Origin: a virus
IMG/VR virus record: IMGVR_UViG_3300029554_000001
Length of the DNA stretch: 64,000 nt
Reading direction: 5' to 3' (one strand)
The stretch's first letter is position 1, and each line of letters opens with the position of its first letter. The translations under genes and the position numbers were made by a program. The notes beneath the pieces are model-generated. The model saw only the letters and a program-made list of their open reading frames with translations. It was not told where the DNA came from and ran no database searches. Shown here in pieces: positions 27,636 to 35,705 of this stretch.

Positions 27636-28739
27636 ATGTTTAAGACCTACAAATATAGATTATATCCTAATAAAAAACAAACTGAACAAATTCAAAAAAC
27701 TTTTGGTTGTTGTCGTTTTGTTTATAATCAGGTTTTAAATTATAGAATTAATCTTTATGAAAATGAGAAAAAATCTATCAATAAATTTGATTGTAACAAT
27801 TATAAAAATAAAGTTCTTAAAGAAAAATATCCTTGGTTAAAAGAAGTAGATAAATTTGCTTTGGAAAATGCTATCTTTAATATGGATTCTGCTTTTCAAA
27901 AATTTTTTAAAGAACATTCAGGCTTTCCTAAATTTAAAAGTAAACATAATCACAAAAAATCTTATAAAACTAATTTTAGTAATAATATAAGAATTTCTTT
28001 TGAAAATAATAAAATTAAACTTCCTAAATTAAATTGGGTAAAAGTTAAATTTCATCGAATATTTTCAGGAAAAATTAAATCTGCTGTTATTTCTCAAAAT
28101 TCTTCTGGTAAATATTATGTTTCTATTTTAATTGAAACTGAAAATGAATCTACTTTTTTGCCATCTACAAATTCTTCTATTGGAATTGATTTAGGTATTA
28201 AAAATTTAATTATCACTTCTAATGGAGATAAATTTGATAATATTTATATTATTAAAAAATATGAAAAAAAGTTGGCAAAAGAACAAAGAAAATTATCAAA
28301 AAAAGTGAAGGATAGTAAAAATTATGAAAAACAGCGTAAAAAAGTTGCTGTAATATACGAAAAAATTCATAATAGTAGAATAGACTATTTACATAAAATC
28401 TCTCACAAACTCATTATCGAAAATCAAGTAATAGTTAGTGAGAATTTATCTGTAACTAATATGACTAAAAATCATAATCTTTCAAAATCAATTTTAGATT
28501 GTAGTTGGTACGAATTAACAAGACAGTTACAATATAAAACAGAATGGTATAACAAATCTTACATTAAAGTAGACCGTTTTTTCCCTTCTAGTCAAACTTG
28601 TCATGTTTGTGGCTATATAAATAAAAATGTAAAAAATTTAGCCGTCAGAAATTGGAAATGTCCTCAATGTAATACAATGCATGATAGAGATATTAACGCT
28701 GCAATTAACATCCTTAACGAAGGATTAAAATTATTATGA
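27636..28739 (+). CDS. tnpB: TnpB (IS200/IS605-family OrfB, RuvC-like RNA-guided nuclease)
   Basis: MFKTYKYRLYPNKKQ N-terminus; GIDLG (RuvC-I); SENL (RuvC-II E); CHVCG...CPQC zinc ribbon; HDRDINAAINI (RuvC-III). Confidence 0.85.
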   Translation: MFKTYKYRLYPNKKQTEQIQKTFGCCRFVYNQVLNYRINLYENEKKSINKFDCNNYKNKVLKEKYPWLKEVDKFALENAIFNMDSAFQKFFKEHSGFPKFKSKHNHKKSYKTNFSNNIRISFENNKIKLPKLNWVKVKFHRIFSGKIKSAVISQNSSGKYYVSILIETENESTFLPSTNSSIGIDLGIKNLIITSNGDKFDNIYIIKKYEKKLAKEQRKLSKKVKDSKNYEKQRKKVAVIYEKIHNSRIDYLHKISHKLIIENQVIVSENLSVTNMTKNHNLSKSILDCSWYELTRQLQYKTEWYNKSYIKVDRFFPSSQTCHVCGYINKNVKNLAVRNWKCPQCNTMHDRDINAAINILNEGLKLL

Positions 28740-28817
28740 TTTAATAAAATACGGCAGGAGTTGTCGGAATTTACGCTTGTGGAGATGGTAGGATGCGAAA
28801 TCAATGAAGCAAGAAAT
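28650..28817 (+). ncRNA. candidate TnpB omega-RNA (reRNA) scaffold
   Basis: GC-richer segment CGGCAGGAGTTGTCGGAATTTACGCTTGTGGAGATGGTAGGATGCGAAATCAATGAAGCAAGAAA directly after the tnpB stop, where omega-RNAs map in this family. The 5' limit is a guess. Confidence 0.4.
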
Positions 28818-28883
28818 TTTTTATAAAATATCTCACCTTAGAACTTCCCTTGTTTTATAATTAATAAAAAGGAAAATTAAATT

Positions 28884-29192
28884 ATGAAGTCTATGAAGCT
28901 TAACACATCTACTAAATATAAAAATAATAAGTTTCAAATTAAATACCTTAAAGCAAAAAAGAATGATATCATTCTATTTGCTGTTTACGCTGCTGAATGG
29001 GATGAAGAAGATAGTATCTTTTATAGAGCATATAATTTCTTTATCTATTTCAATAGAAATAAAAGAGCTGTTCATTATATTGAAAATAACTCTGTTTATT
29101 CTTATTATGGATTTATTTCCAATAATAACATGACTGCCTTTATGAATTCTTTTCAAAGAAATGCTTCTGAATTTTTAGATGAAGTAAGTTAA
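28884..29192 (+). CDS. hypothetical protein (102 aa)
   Basis: ORF + SD AAAGGA. Confidence 0.55.
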   Translation: MKSMKLNTSTKYKNNKFQIKYLKAKKNDIILFAVYAAEWDEEDSIFYRAYNFFIYFNRNKRAVHYIENNSVYSYYGFISNNNMTAFMNSFQRNASEFLDEVS

Positions 29193-29224
29193 AAATTAAC
29201 TGTTTAAGATAATAAAAAAGAAAA

Positions 29225-29485
29225 ATGATGAATAAGAAATTATGTTTTAATATTGAAAATCAATATTTGTATTTGGAACAAGTTTTGGTTGATTATATGG
29301 GCATTCCAATCTTTTTCTTGTGTAAAGACAAAAAACAATATTATATAGCGTTGTGTACAAACATTGATAAATTAAGTTACATTGTGACAAAGTTATCACT
29401 GTCAGACGTATATAATTTATTGGAAAATTCCAATGAGAGATGTTTTTTTGAAACAGCAAGAATATTGGGAGATAGTGTCAGGTGA
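29225..29485 (+). CDS. hypothetical protein (86 aa); possibly the 5' half of a split or frameshifted gene
   Basis: ORF with a weak SD. Overlaps the next ORF (other frame) by 53 nt around a T7 run. Confidence 0.4.
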   Translation: MMNKKLCFNIENQYLYLEQVLVDYMGIPIFFLCKDKKQYYIALCTNIDKLSYIVTKLSLSDVYNLLENSNERCFFETARILGDSVR

Positions 29486-29666
29486 TGAAGTTTGTATAGA
29501 TATGGTAACAAAGAAGAAAATTGACGCATTAGAACAATCTTTATTACCAGAAGCAGATGCTTATTTTAAAATTTTAACAAAACAAATTAAATTATATGTT
29601 CAGGAGGTTGATAATGAATACTTACAACAAACATACCGTCTTTCGCACTGTTCACTCTATTTATGA
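29433..29666 (+). CDS. hypothetical protein (77 aa); possibly the 3' half of a split or frameshifted gene
   Basis: No SD of its own; +1 frame relative to 29225-29485. Confidence 0.35.
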   Translation: MRDVFLKQQEYWEIVSGDEVCIDMVTKKKIDALEQSLLPEADAYFKILTKQIKLYVQEVDNEYLQQTYRLSHCSLYL

Positions 29667-30120
29667 ACATAACGATAATATTGTCCCTTGTGTTGTTGCT
29701 TTTACTCCTTGTAATGATATGACACTGACACCTAACCTTGCAGAGTATGAATTGCAAGATATATTTGATACTTTTGATTATCTTTTGAAAAATCAATTTG
29801 ACCTTTTTGCTAAATCAGCTATCTATAAAGGTAATTCTTTCCCTTTGAATATCTCTGGACTTGTTAGTGATGTTATTAATATCATGGAAAAGAATTATAA
29901 CTTTTATAGATGTTCTATTGAAATTGTAGAGTCTATTGAAAATGTTTACCTTGAAGAATTAACTGGTATTCGTGATATCAATGAGAAGAAAGAAATTAAG
30001 AAAGTCAATATTCAGTATGTTGACGGTATGGTTACTGATGCTGATAGAGAGAAGACTAAAAAATCTGACAAGTCCTTGTCAGGTCTTGAATTAGAAGAAG
30101 AATATAAAAAGAAAGGATAA
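29614..30120 (+). CDS. hypothetical protein (168 aa)
   Basis: CAGGAGG-7 nt-ATG 29614 inside track ORF 29596.. Confidence 0.55.
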   Translation: MNTYNKHTVFRTVHSIYEHNDNIVPCVVAFTPCNDMTLTPNLAEYELQDIFDTFDYLLKNQFDLFAKSAIYKGNSFPLNISGLVSDVINIMEKNYNFYRCSIEIVESIENVYLEELTGIRDINEKKEIKKVNIQYVDGMVTDADREKTKKSDKSLSGLELEEEYKKKG

Positions 30121-30130
30121 ATGATAAATT

Positions 30131-30622
30131 ATGATTACTTATTTTAAATTCAAAGATATGATTGATATTGCTTATCATAGTAATACCGATACTTTGTATT
30201 TTTCTTTTTCTGATGATTATCTTCAAGAACATTCTCCTTTTAAGAACTCTAAGGACTACATTCTTGAATATGAAAAGCGTACCACAGATAATCTTGAAGA
30301 TTTAGAAAATAATGTCGTTAGTATTATTCTTAAGTTGTATCATGATGATACCTTTGGTTATAACTCTGGTTGCTATATTGAACATTTTGTCAGTAAATTC
30401 AATAAGAAAATTGGTGTTAATGATTACGACTGGAATAGCTTTTTAAGAATTTTTAAAAAGGAACCATTGCTTAAGTTTACTAAACTTATGATTGATAACA
30501 GTGATAATATCAGTGATGAGTATGGTATTATTTCTGCTCTATATCTCATGTGTAAGAATCCTAACTTTGCTATATTGGGAGATGCAGGGTTTAAATTTAT
30601 TAATATGACAGGAGAGAATTAA
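30131..30622 (+). CDS. hypothetical protein, paralogue of 30625-31146
   Basis: Both end in ...(S/T)ALY(L/T)(M/L)C...GFK(F/L). Confidence 0.6.
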   Translation: MITYFKFKDMIDIAYHSNTDTLYFSFSDDYLQEHSPFKNSKDYILEYEKRTTDNLEDLENNVVSIILKLYHDDTFGYNSGCYIEHFVSKFNKKIGVNDYDWNSFLRIFKKEPLLKFTKLMIDNSDNISDEYGIISALYLMCKNPNFAILGDAGFKFINMTGEN

Positions 30623-30624
30623 AA

Positions 30625-31146
30625 ATGTCTGAACGTGTTTATAATTTTCAGGATATCCTTTATCTTAATTATTATACCGAAGAAGATAGTGAACATCATT
30701 TGATTGTTGATAATTTGGCTATTGATATGACTTGGGAGTATTCTCGTGAAAATGCTCCTTATGATTTACTTGCGCCCCGCAAGTGTGGCAATTTAAGCGA
30801 AGCTGTTGAATTTTGTAACCGTGTAGACAATGTTGTTTATAGAGGTTATAAGTATAATCAAGATAGCTATGTTACTTTTACTACTGGCGTTACTTTTTTG
30901 AATTTTACGCAGACTGTTCAAGATGCCATTGATAATAAGAATGGTTGGACTATGAAGGCTCTGGCTGAGTTATTTGAATCTCTTCCTTTGTCTAAGTTTA
31001 CTTCTCTTATTCAGGTTTATAGTGATGGATTTTTTCTTGATAGTACTTATGCTGTTATCTCTTGCCTATATACTTTATGTAATGGTTTGAGTGTTCCTTT
31101 GGTTACTGAGAGTGGGTTTAAATTGGAAAAGTTTACTATTTCTTAA
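30625..31146 (+). CDS. hypothetical protein, paralogue of 30131-30622
   Basis: ORF + SD AGGAGAG. Confidence 0.6.
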   Translation: MSERVYNFQDILYLNYYTEEDSEHHLIVDNLAIDMTWEYSRENAPYDLLAPRKCGNLSEAVEFCNRVDNVVYRGYKYNQDSYVTFTTGVTFLNFTQTVQDAIDNKNGWTMKALAELFESLPLSKFTSLIQVYSDGFFLDSTYAVISCLYTLCNGLSVPLVTESGFKLEKFTIS

Positions 31147-31169
31147 ATGGTACTTTATGAGGTAAATAT

Positions 31170-31244
31170 ATGAATTATGATATTGCACTTGCTATAGCAC
31201 TTGGAATGACAGTATTTGCTGTGGCTGTTTTGTTGTTTTTTTGA
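31170..31244 (+). CDS. candidate 24-aa hydrophobic peptide (MNYDIALAIALGMTVFAVAVLLFF)
   Basis: GAGGT-6 nt-ATG; single TM-like stretch; below the track cutoff; no paralogue seen. Confidence 0.3.
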   Translation: MNYDIALAIALGMTVFAVAVLLFF

Positions 31245-31258
31245 TAGGGTAAATGTAA

Positions 31259-31756
31259 ATGAATAAAAACGAATTTATTAAATATAAAAAAGAACAGTTT
31301 GCAAAAGGCTTAGAGAGCGCTTTTGACGAAAATAATTTATATGTAATTATTTTTACTGATAATCAACAGTCTTCTTGTTATGGTCATCATGAATACTGTG
31401 ATATGTATAGTGGTTGTGATAATACTTGGAGAGACAATATTAGAAATTTATTGACAGGAAAATTTAAATATTATAAAATGACTGTTAATAAGTGGATTAC
31501 TTATAAGTGTGATTGTGGCTGTAATACCTTTTATATTTATAAGGATTGGTTTGTTTGCTCTGAATGTTTTTCTGAACATATTATGAACAACTTTGTTATT
31601 ACTTATAAAACTAAGGAAGACGCTGAAAAAGTAACTATGCCAATGACTGAAACAGTTGGAATGAATACATGGCATAGATTTGGTTTAATTACTAAATATG
31701 AGTTTGATAAATTTATGAAAAATTGTACTAATCCTGAACAGGTTGTGTACTGGTAA
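31259..31756 (+). CDS. Cys-rich hypothetical protein (165 aa)
   Basis: ORF; CDCGC...CSEC. Confidence 0.6.
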   Translation: MNKNEFIKYKKEQFAKGLESAFDENNLYVIIFTDNQQSSCYGHHEYCDMYSGCDNTWRDNIRNLLTGKFKYYKMTVNKWITYKCDCGCNTFYIYKDWFVCSECFSEHIMNNFVITYKTKEDAEKVTMPMTETVGMNTWHRFGLITKYEFDKFMKNCTNPEQVVYW

Positions 31757-31798
31757 ATAAATTTACCAGAACAAGAAGTTTACTGGTGAGGTGAAATA

Positions 31799-31963
31799 AT
31801 GGATAAGATTACTTATTTGAAAAAAGCTAAAGAGAAAATTAATGAAGAGTATTTAGAAAAATTGCATGGAATAGATGAGATATTTAAGAGTGATAATGTC
31901 CAGATTGCAATTTGCGAGCAACGCTCGCGCGTTGATTTATGTCGGAAAGAATATTATTTGTAA
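31799..31963 (+). CDS. short ORF (54 aa) with good SD, overlapping the next ORF
   Basis: GAGGTG-5 nt-ATG. May be the true 5' end of 31875-32444, which would need a +1 shift; a GC-rich hairpin at 31914-31928 lies in the overlap. Confidence 0.35.
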   Translation: MDKITYLKKAKEKINEEYLEKLHGIDEIFKSDNVQIAICEQRSRVDLCRKEYYL

Positions 31964-32444
31964 TAATCTTTATCATGCTATTAAAAATGATGGGACTGTT
32001 TCTTTTGAAATTTATGAATTGAAGAGTTTGTTGAGAGGTAAACTTATTCATCCTTCTGATTGGTTTATTAGTAGATGTCCTAAGTGTGGATGCTATTTAT
32101 ATTACCCTTGTACAAGTACAAGTAAAGGTTATCCTGAATATAATAAACATGGTTTTGGTGGCGTATGTGCTAATTGTTTTGAAGAAAGATTAATTGAAAA
32201 TACTAAAGCTGCTAATTTTCCTATACGCGATAAACATGAATACCAACTTGTGAACTATAAATATTATATTAAAGCTGGTACTATGAATAGAAATGAACTT
32301 GAACAGTTTATGAGAGAACTTGGGAACAAAAAGTATTGCAATGGGACTTTAATGAGTATTGATAATGAATTGAATATATTAGAATTATGTGATACTATTG
32401 ATAGTGATACTGTTGATAGTGTTACTGTTGATAGTGTGGAATAA
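31875..32444 (+). CDS. Cys-rich hypothetical protein (189 aa) with C-terminal DS(D/V)TV repeats
   Basis: Long ORF but no SD at 31875 or 31896; CPKCGC...CANC; the 3' end carries tandem ACTGTTGATAGTG repeats. Confidence 0.5.
   Translation: MRYLRVIMSRLQFASNARALIYVGKNIICNNLYHAIKNDGTVSFEIYELKSLLRGKLIHPSDWFISRCPKCGCYLYYPCTSTSKGYPEYNKHGFGGVCANCFEERLIENTKAANFPIRDKHEYQLVNYKYYIKAGTMNRNELEQFMRELGNKKYCNGTLMSIDNELNILELCDTIDSDTVDSVTVDSVE
31913..31931. repeat. GC-rich 19-nt palindromic element, copy 1 (inverted copy at 33612-33630)
   Basis: TGCGAGCAACGCTCGCGCG. Its reverse complement differs from 33612-33630 (CGCGCGAGCGATGCTCGCA) only at one loop position. Confidence 0.75.
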
Positions 32445-32506
32445 AAAGTTTGAGTGTTGATTTTTATTTTTGATAGGAAAAATGAGGAGAAAAACATATG
32501 TAGATA

Positions 32507-32563
32507 CATTTTGGATAGGGTGTGCAGTTTTTGGACAGTTGTGTAAAGTTTTTGGTGTGGTAT
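32507..32563. repeat. three direct TTTTGG-N3-4-G(G/T)TGTG repeats
   Basis: ATTTTGGATAGGGTGTG / GTTTTTGGACAGTTGTGT / GTTTTTGGTGTGGTATG. Confidence 0.6.
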
Positions 32564-32609
32564 GAGATTAAGGCTTGAATTATATGGGAAAAATTGAGGT
32601 GTCTTGACA

Positions 32610-32649
32610 GTCGATATATCGGTAGTCGATATATCGGTAGTCGATATAG
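32610..32649. repeat. 15-bp tandem repeat x2.7, each unit containing the palindrome CGATATATCG
   Basis: GTCGATATATCGGTA GTCGATATATCGGTA GTCGATATAG; a TTGACA (32604-32609) abuts it. Confidence 0.85.
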
Positions 32650-32804
32650 ATAACAATATTCTTGTAACAGTTTGAATGAATAGTTGTAAAGTTATAAGTA
32701 TGATTGTTGTTTGACTGTGATTTTAAATAGGAAAAAACATAAGTGATATCACTTTGAAATCATTGTGCGTTCATTATATATTTATTTTAGATGTAGAGTG
32801 GTGT

Positions 32805-32862
32805 CAGTTTGATATCAGTTTGATATCATTTTGATATCATTTTGATATCATTTTGGAATCAG
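32805..32862. repeat. 11-bp tandem repeat x5 containing the palindrome TGATATCA
   Basis: CAGTTTGATAT x2, CATTTTGATAT x2, CATTTTGGAAT; the period is about one helical turn. Confidence 0.85.
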
Positions 32863-33069
32863 CCCTGACGTACCGAAGGCCAATTTTGGCCATTTTTCCC
32901 ATTCTGGTGCTCTTTTAGGTAAGGAGAGGTAGCCACAAGCACAATCTTTTTTCAAAAAAATTTACAAAAAATTCATAATTTATTCATAATCCAAACAAAC
33001 CACCCCTAAATGTTCAAAAATTCACATTTTTACTTTAATGCCCAAAAAGTAACAATATGTAATAACTTC

Positions 33070-33098
33070 TTGACAACCTTCCTCTCTTATGCTATAAT
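33070..33098 (+). promoter_or_regulatory. sigma70-like promoter ahead of the SleB-like hydrolase gene
   Basis: TTGACA-N17-TATAAT. Confidence 0.65.
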
Positions 33099-33124
33099 AC
33101 TCTCATGGTTGTATAAAGCTTCGT

Positions 33125-33163
33125 TAATGCTAACGCATTATTGTAATGCTAATGCATTATTGC
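33125..33163. repeat. two tandem small hairpins TAATGCTAA(C/T)GCATTATTG in the 5' leader of 33305-34357
   Basis: Direct repeat; each copy is self-complementary (TAATGC/GCATTA). Confidence 0.7.
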
Positions 33164-33304
33164 CAACGACCTAAGCGTTAAGGACATACAAACTTTTATT
33201 TAATTTTTATTTAACCCTTTTATCTGTAAAAGCAAGTATGTCAAATAAACTTAAGGAAGGAACCTTTGTCTTAACTAAAGTTAAAACAAAGAAGGTAACA
33301 AGAA

Positions 33305-34357
33305 ATGGAAAACAAGAAATATACAATTAAATATAGCAAGTCTAATCGACTTGAATACGCCAAGTCTAATCGACTTGAATATAGTCATAATAACACAAAC
33401 ACAAACACACCCACCCATGAAGCACAGCTCACAAATACACATCCTCTAATTAAGACAAGTGTTCGTAAAGCGATTGCAACTTGTCTCACATTCAGTTTAG
33501 TGGTAAGTGTAGTAGGATATGCTCAAGCCTTAAATAAAACAGGTGAAGATAACTTTTCTAAAGATAATCCTTCAACCCTGAGTGAAACTGAAATCTCATC
33601 TCCTCATTCATCGCGCGAGCGATGCTCGCATTATATTGCCATTAAAAACTTTCAAACACAAAAAGAAAATTATTGGAACACAAACAACATTGGAAATATT
33701 AGTCCTGATAGAATTTTTTATGTGGACATGAGTAAAATGGTTGAGAATAATGCTAAAAATAACGATGAGTCTGTTTATATTTTTTCAGACATGAGCGTAC
33801 AGTATTCCGAAGGTCAAACTTCTGGAAGTCAAAATTCCAAATCTGAACAGACAGAACCTAAAACCTCAACTTATCGCTACGCATATTTAATTCATCTGAC
33901 TGATTCTGAACGTCATGTAGTAGAAAGTATTGTAGCTGGCGAGAGTGGAAATCAGCCTTTTGTAGGAAAGAAACTCGTAGCACAGGCTGTTTATAATGGC
34001 ATGTTGAGAGACAATATGTCCCCCTCACAAGTAAGAAAACAATACTCCTATGATGGATATAAGGACATTGATGAATTTGAAAAAGAATGTCTTAAAGCCT
34101 ATGGCAACACAAATGCTGCTGATGAATGTAGACAAGCAGTAAAAGAGATATTTAATAATTATAGTATGCCTACAGATGATTTTGTATTATTCTTCTACGC
34201 TCCTGCACATAGTAAAGGTACATGGCATGAAAATGCTAAAACTTTAAAGCCCATTACTTATGTAAATGAAGATGGAAGCACTACTAATTATATTGGTGGT
34301 CATAAATTCTTTGCTTTGAAAGATGAACCTGTAATCAATTATACCAGAGAAGGTTAA
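33305..34357 (+). CDS. membrane-anchored SleB-like cell-wall hydrolase (Hydrolase_2-like C-terminal domain)
   Basis: TM segment AIATCLTFSLVVSVVGYA. C-terminal VVESIVAGESGNQPFVGKKLVAQAVYNGML...GGHKFF resembles the SleB/CwlJ-type hydrolase pattern. N-terminal duplicated SKSNRLEY. Confidence 0.55.
   Translation: MENKKYTIKYSKSNRLEYAKSNRLEYSHNNTNTNTPTHEAQLTNTHPLIKTSVRKAIATCLTFSLVVSVVGYAQALNKTGEDNFSKDNPSTLSETEISSPHSSRERCSHYIAIKNFQTQKENYWNTNNIGNISPDRIFYVDMSKMVENNAKNNDESVYIFSDMSVQYSEGQTSGSQNSKSEQTEPKTSTYRYAYLIHLTDSERHVVESIVAGESGNQPFVGKKLVAQAVYNGMLRDNMSPSQVRKQYSYDGYKDIDEFEKECLKAYGNTNAADECRQAVKEIFNNYSMPTDDFVLFFYAPAHSKGTWHENAKTLKPITYVNEDGSTTNYIGGHKFFALKDEPVINYTREG
33612..33630. repeat. GC-rich 19-nt palindromic element, copy 2
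   Basis: See 31913-31931. Confidence 0.75.
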
Positions 34358-34815
34358 CAAAGTTAAGGATTTATAATAATATAATTTATTTGTAAGCAAG
34401 CTTAGGACTTGAGTACGGTCTGAATATAGTTTGGATATATTTTGGATATATTTTAATTCTAAAATATGGTGAACTTAATTTAGACTGAAAAGTAATTATA
34501 ATTATAATTAAATTAAAAGAAAAGCAAAAAGAAATAGAAAAAAATAAAAATAAAAAGAAAATAAATAATTTAATTATAATACATTACAAATACAAAAGTA
34601 CAAAGCTACTAAAAATTAGTAGTATACTTTTACCTAAATGATGATGCAACAAAAAACAGAACGAAATTTATAAGTAATTAATATATAATTAATCCATAAT
34701 TTTGTTTAGTTGTATATCTATTGCTCAAATCTTTTTTTAAAGATTTGTATTTGCTCAAGTATGCTTTATACAACCGAAAAATGTCTGTAGTAAATCAAGA
34801 AAAGTTATTAAACCC

Positions 34816-34844
34816 TTGACAAGCTACAGGCATTTTGTTATAAT
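34816..34844 (+). promoter_or_regulatory. sigma70-like promoter
   Basis: TTGACA-N17-TATAAT. Confidence 0.65.
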
Positions 34845-34878
34845 AACTAATATAAAGAATGTGAAGAGAGGTATGTAT

Positions 34879-35349
34879 ATGCCAAGAGGTAGACCGAGGA
34901 AAAATCAACGACAACAGGAGTTGCCGAAAAATCCTCTGCCTGTCATTAAAGATTCTAAAACTGAACAAGTTGAAACTAAAACAACTAATCCTATGACAGA
35001 AATAAATACTTCCCCCTTGCCAACAAAAGAAATTTTCTCTTCTTCAAAAAAGAAAAAAGAGGATGACACACCTCGATGTGTATGTTGCAAAGAACCTGTT
35101 TATTCAGGGCGTAGATTAAATCTATCTTTACTTACAACACTTGCATCTTATCATTTTGCTATAGAGGAAATGCAGCCTTATATTTGTAGTAGGTGTGCTT
35201 CTGATTTAGGTGAGGTTATTAATAAATGGCTCATTAATCATGGAGCAGAAGTTAAGCCATACTATAAGCCAGAATACATGGCTAAGAGATATTATGAGAA
35301 TTTAAATAATCCAAACAAAAATTTAAAGGAGGATAATTCAAATGGCTGA
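34879..35349 (+). CDS. hypothetical protein with AT-hook-like N-terminus (MPRGRPRK) and Cys4 cluster
   Basis: GAGAGG-6 nt-ATG after the promoter at 34816. The track ORF begins at TTG inside the promoter. Confidence 0.55.
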   Translation: MPRGRPRKNQRQQELPKNPLPVIKDSKTEQVETKTTNPMTEINTSPLPTKEIFSSSKKKKEDDTPRCVCCKEPVYSGRRLNLSLLTTLASYHFAIEEMQPYICSRCASDLGEVINKWLINHGAEVKPYYKPEYMAKRYYENLNNPNKNLKEDNSNG

Positions 35350-35641
35350 GACCAGTATTGATTTCATTCATGGAGAAGATGTTGCAGTATGGAGTTCTGA
35401 TTATTTTACTGTAATTAGAACTATGGAGGAATATCTCAAGAATTATCCTGACGAAGTAAGCATTGTATCTGACTACAGTGACAGTGATGGACAGAACAGA
35501 TGTTTGACTATTAAGATTCCTGCTAAGTGGATGAGAAATCCCAAGCCTCCCAAGAGTCGCAATTTGACTGAGGAACAGAGAGCAGCCATGAAGGAACGTG
35601 GCAAGAGAATTGCTGCTTCAAGATGGGGAAATAAGGAATAA
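35342..35641 (+). CDS. hypothetical protein (99 aa)
   Basis: AAAGGAGG SD; last plus-strand gene before the terminator at 35669. Confidence 0.6.
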   Translation: MAETSIDFIHGEDVAVWSSDYFTVIRTMEEYLKNYPDEVSIVSDYSDSDGQNRCLTIKIPAKWMRNPKPPKSRNLTEEQRAAMKERGKRIAASRWGNKE

Positions 35642-35668
35642 AGATTTAAAAGAAAATAAAAATTTGAA

Positions 35669-35705
35669 AGACCTAACTTTTATAAGTTGGGTCTTTTTTA
35701 TTTTG
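35669..35705 (+). terminator. intrinsic terminator closing the plus-strand block
   Basis: AGACCTAACTT-TTAT-AAGTTGGGTCT followed by TTTTTATTTT. Confidence 0.7.

Larger units (their letters stand above)
27540..28817 (+). mobile_element. IS200/IS605-family TnpB-only element (boundaries not resolved)
   Basis: tnpB with its own promoter (27561-27589) and a conserved-looking 3' tail ending ...TCAATGAAGCAAGAAA. No tnpA. The left end may lie further upstream, in the hairpin-rich 26.9-27.5 kb region. Confidence 0.45.

Noticed and set aside
32498-32578. Plus-strand SD-ATG-TAG ORF (GAGGAG-8 nt-ATG TAG..., 26 codons, second TAG at codon 7)
   Set aside because: It is tempting as an eleventh ATG-TAG locus. 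However, the peptide (MXIHFGXGVQFLDSCVKFLVWYEIKA) does not align with the family. The sequence is made of the TTTTGG-N-GTGTG direct repeats, and there is no antisense promoter/terminator module.
32610-32862. Possible CRISPR array
   Set aside because: The repeat units are only 11-15 bp and directly abut one another with no spacers. There are no cas genes. These are iteron/tandem repeats, not CRISPR.
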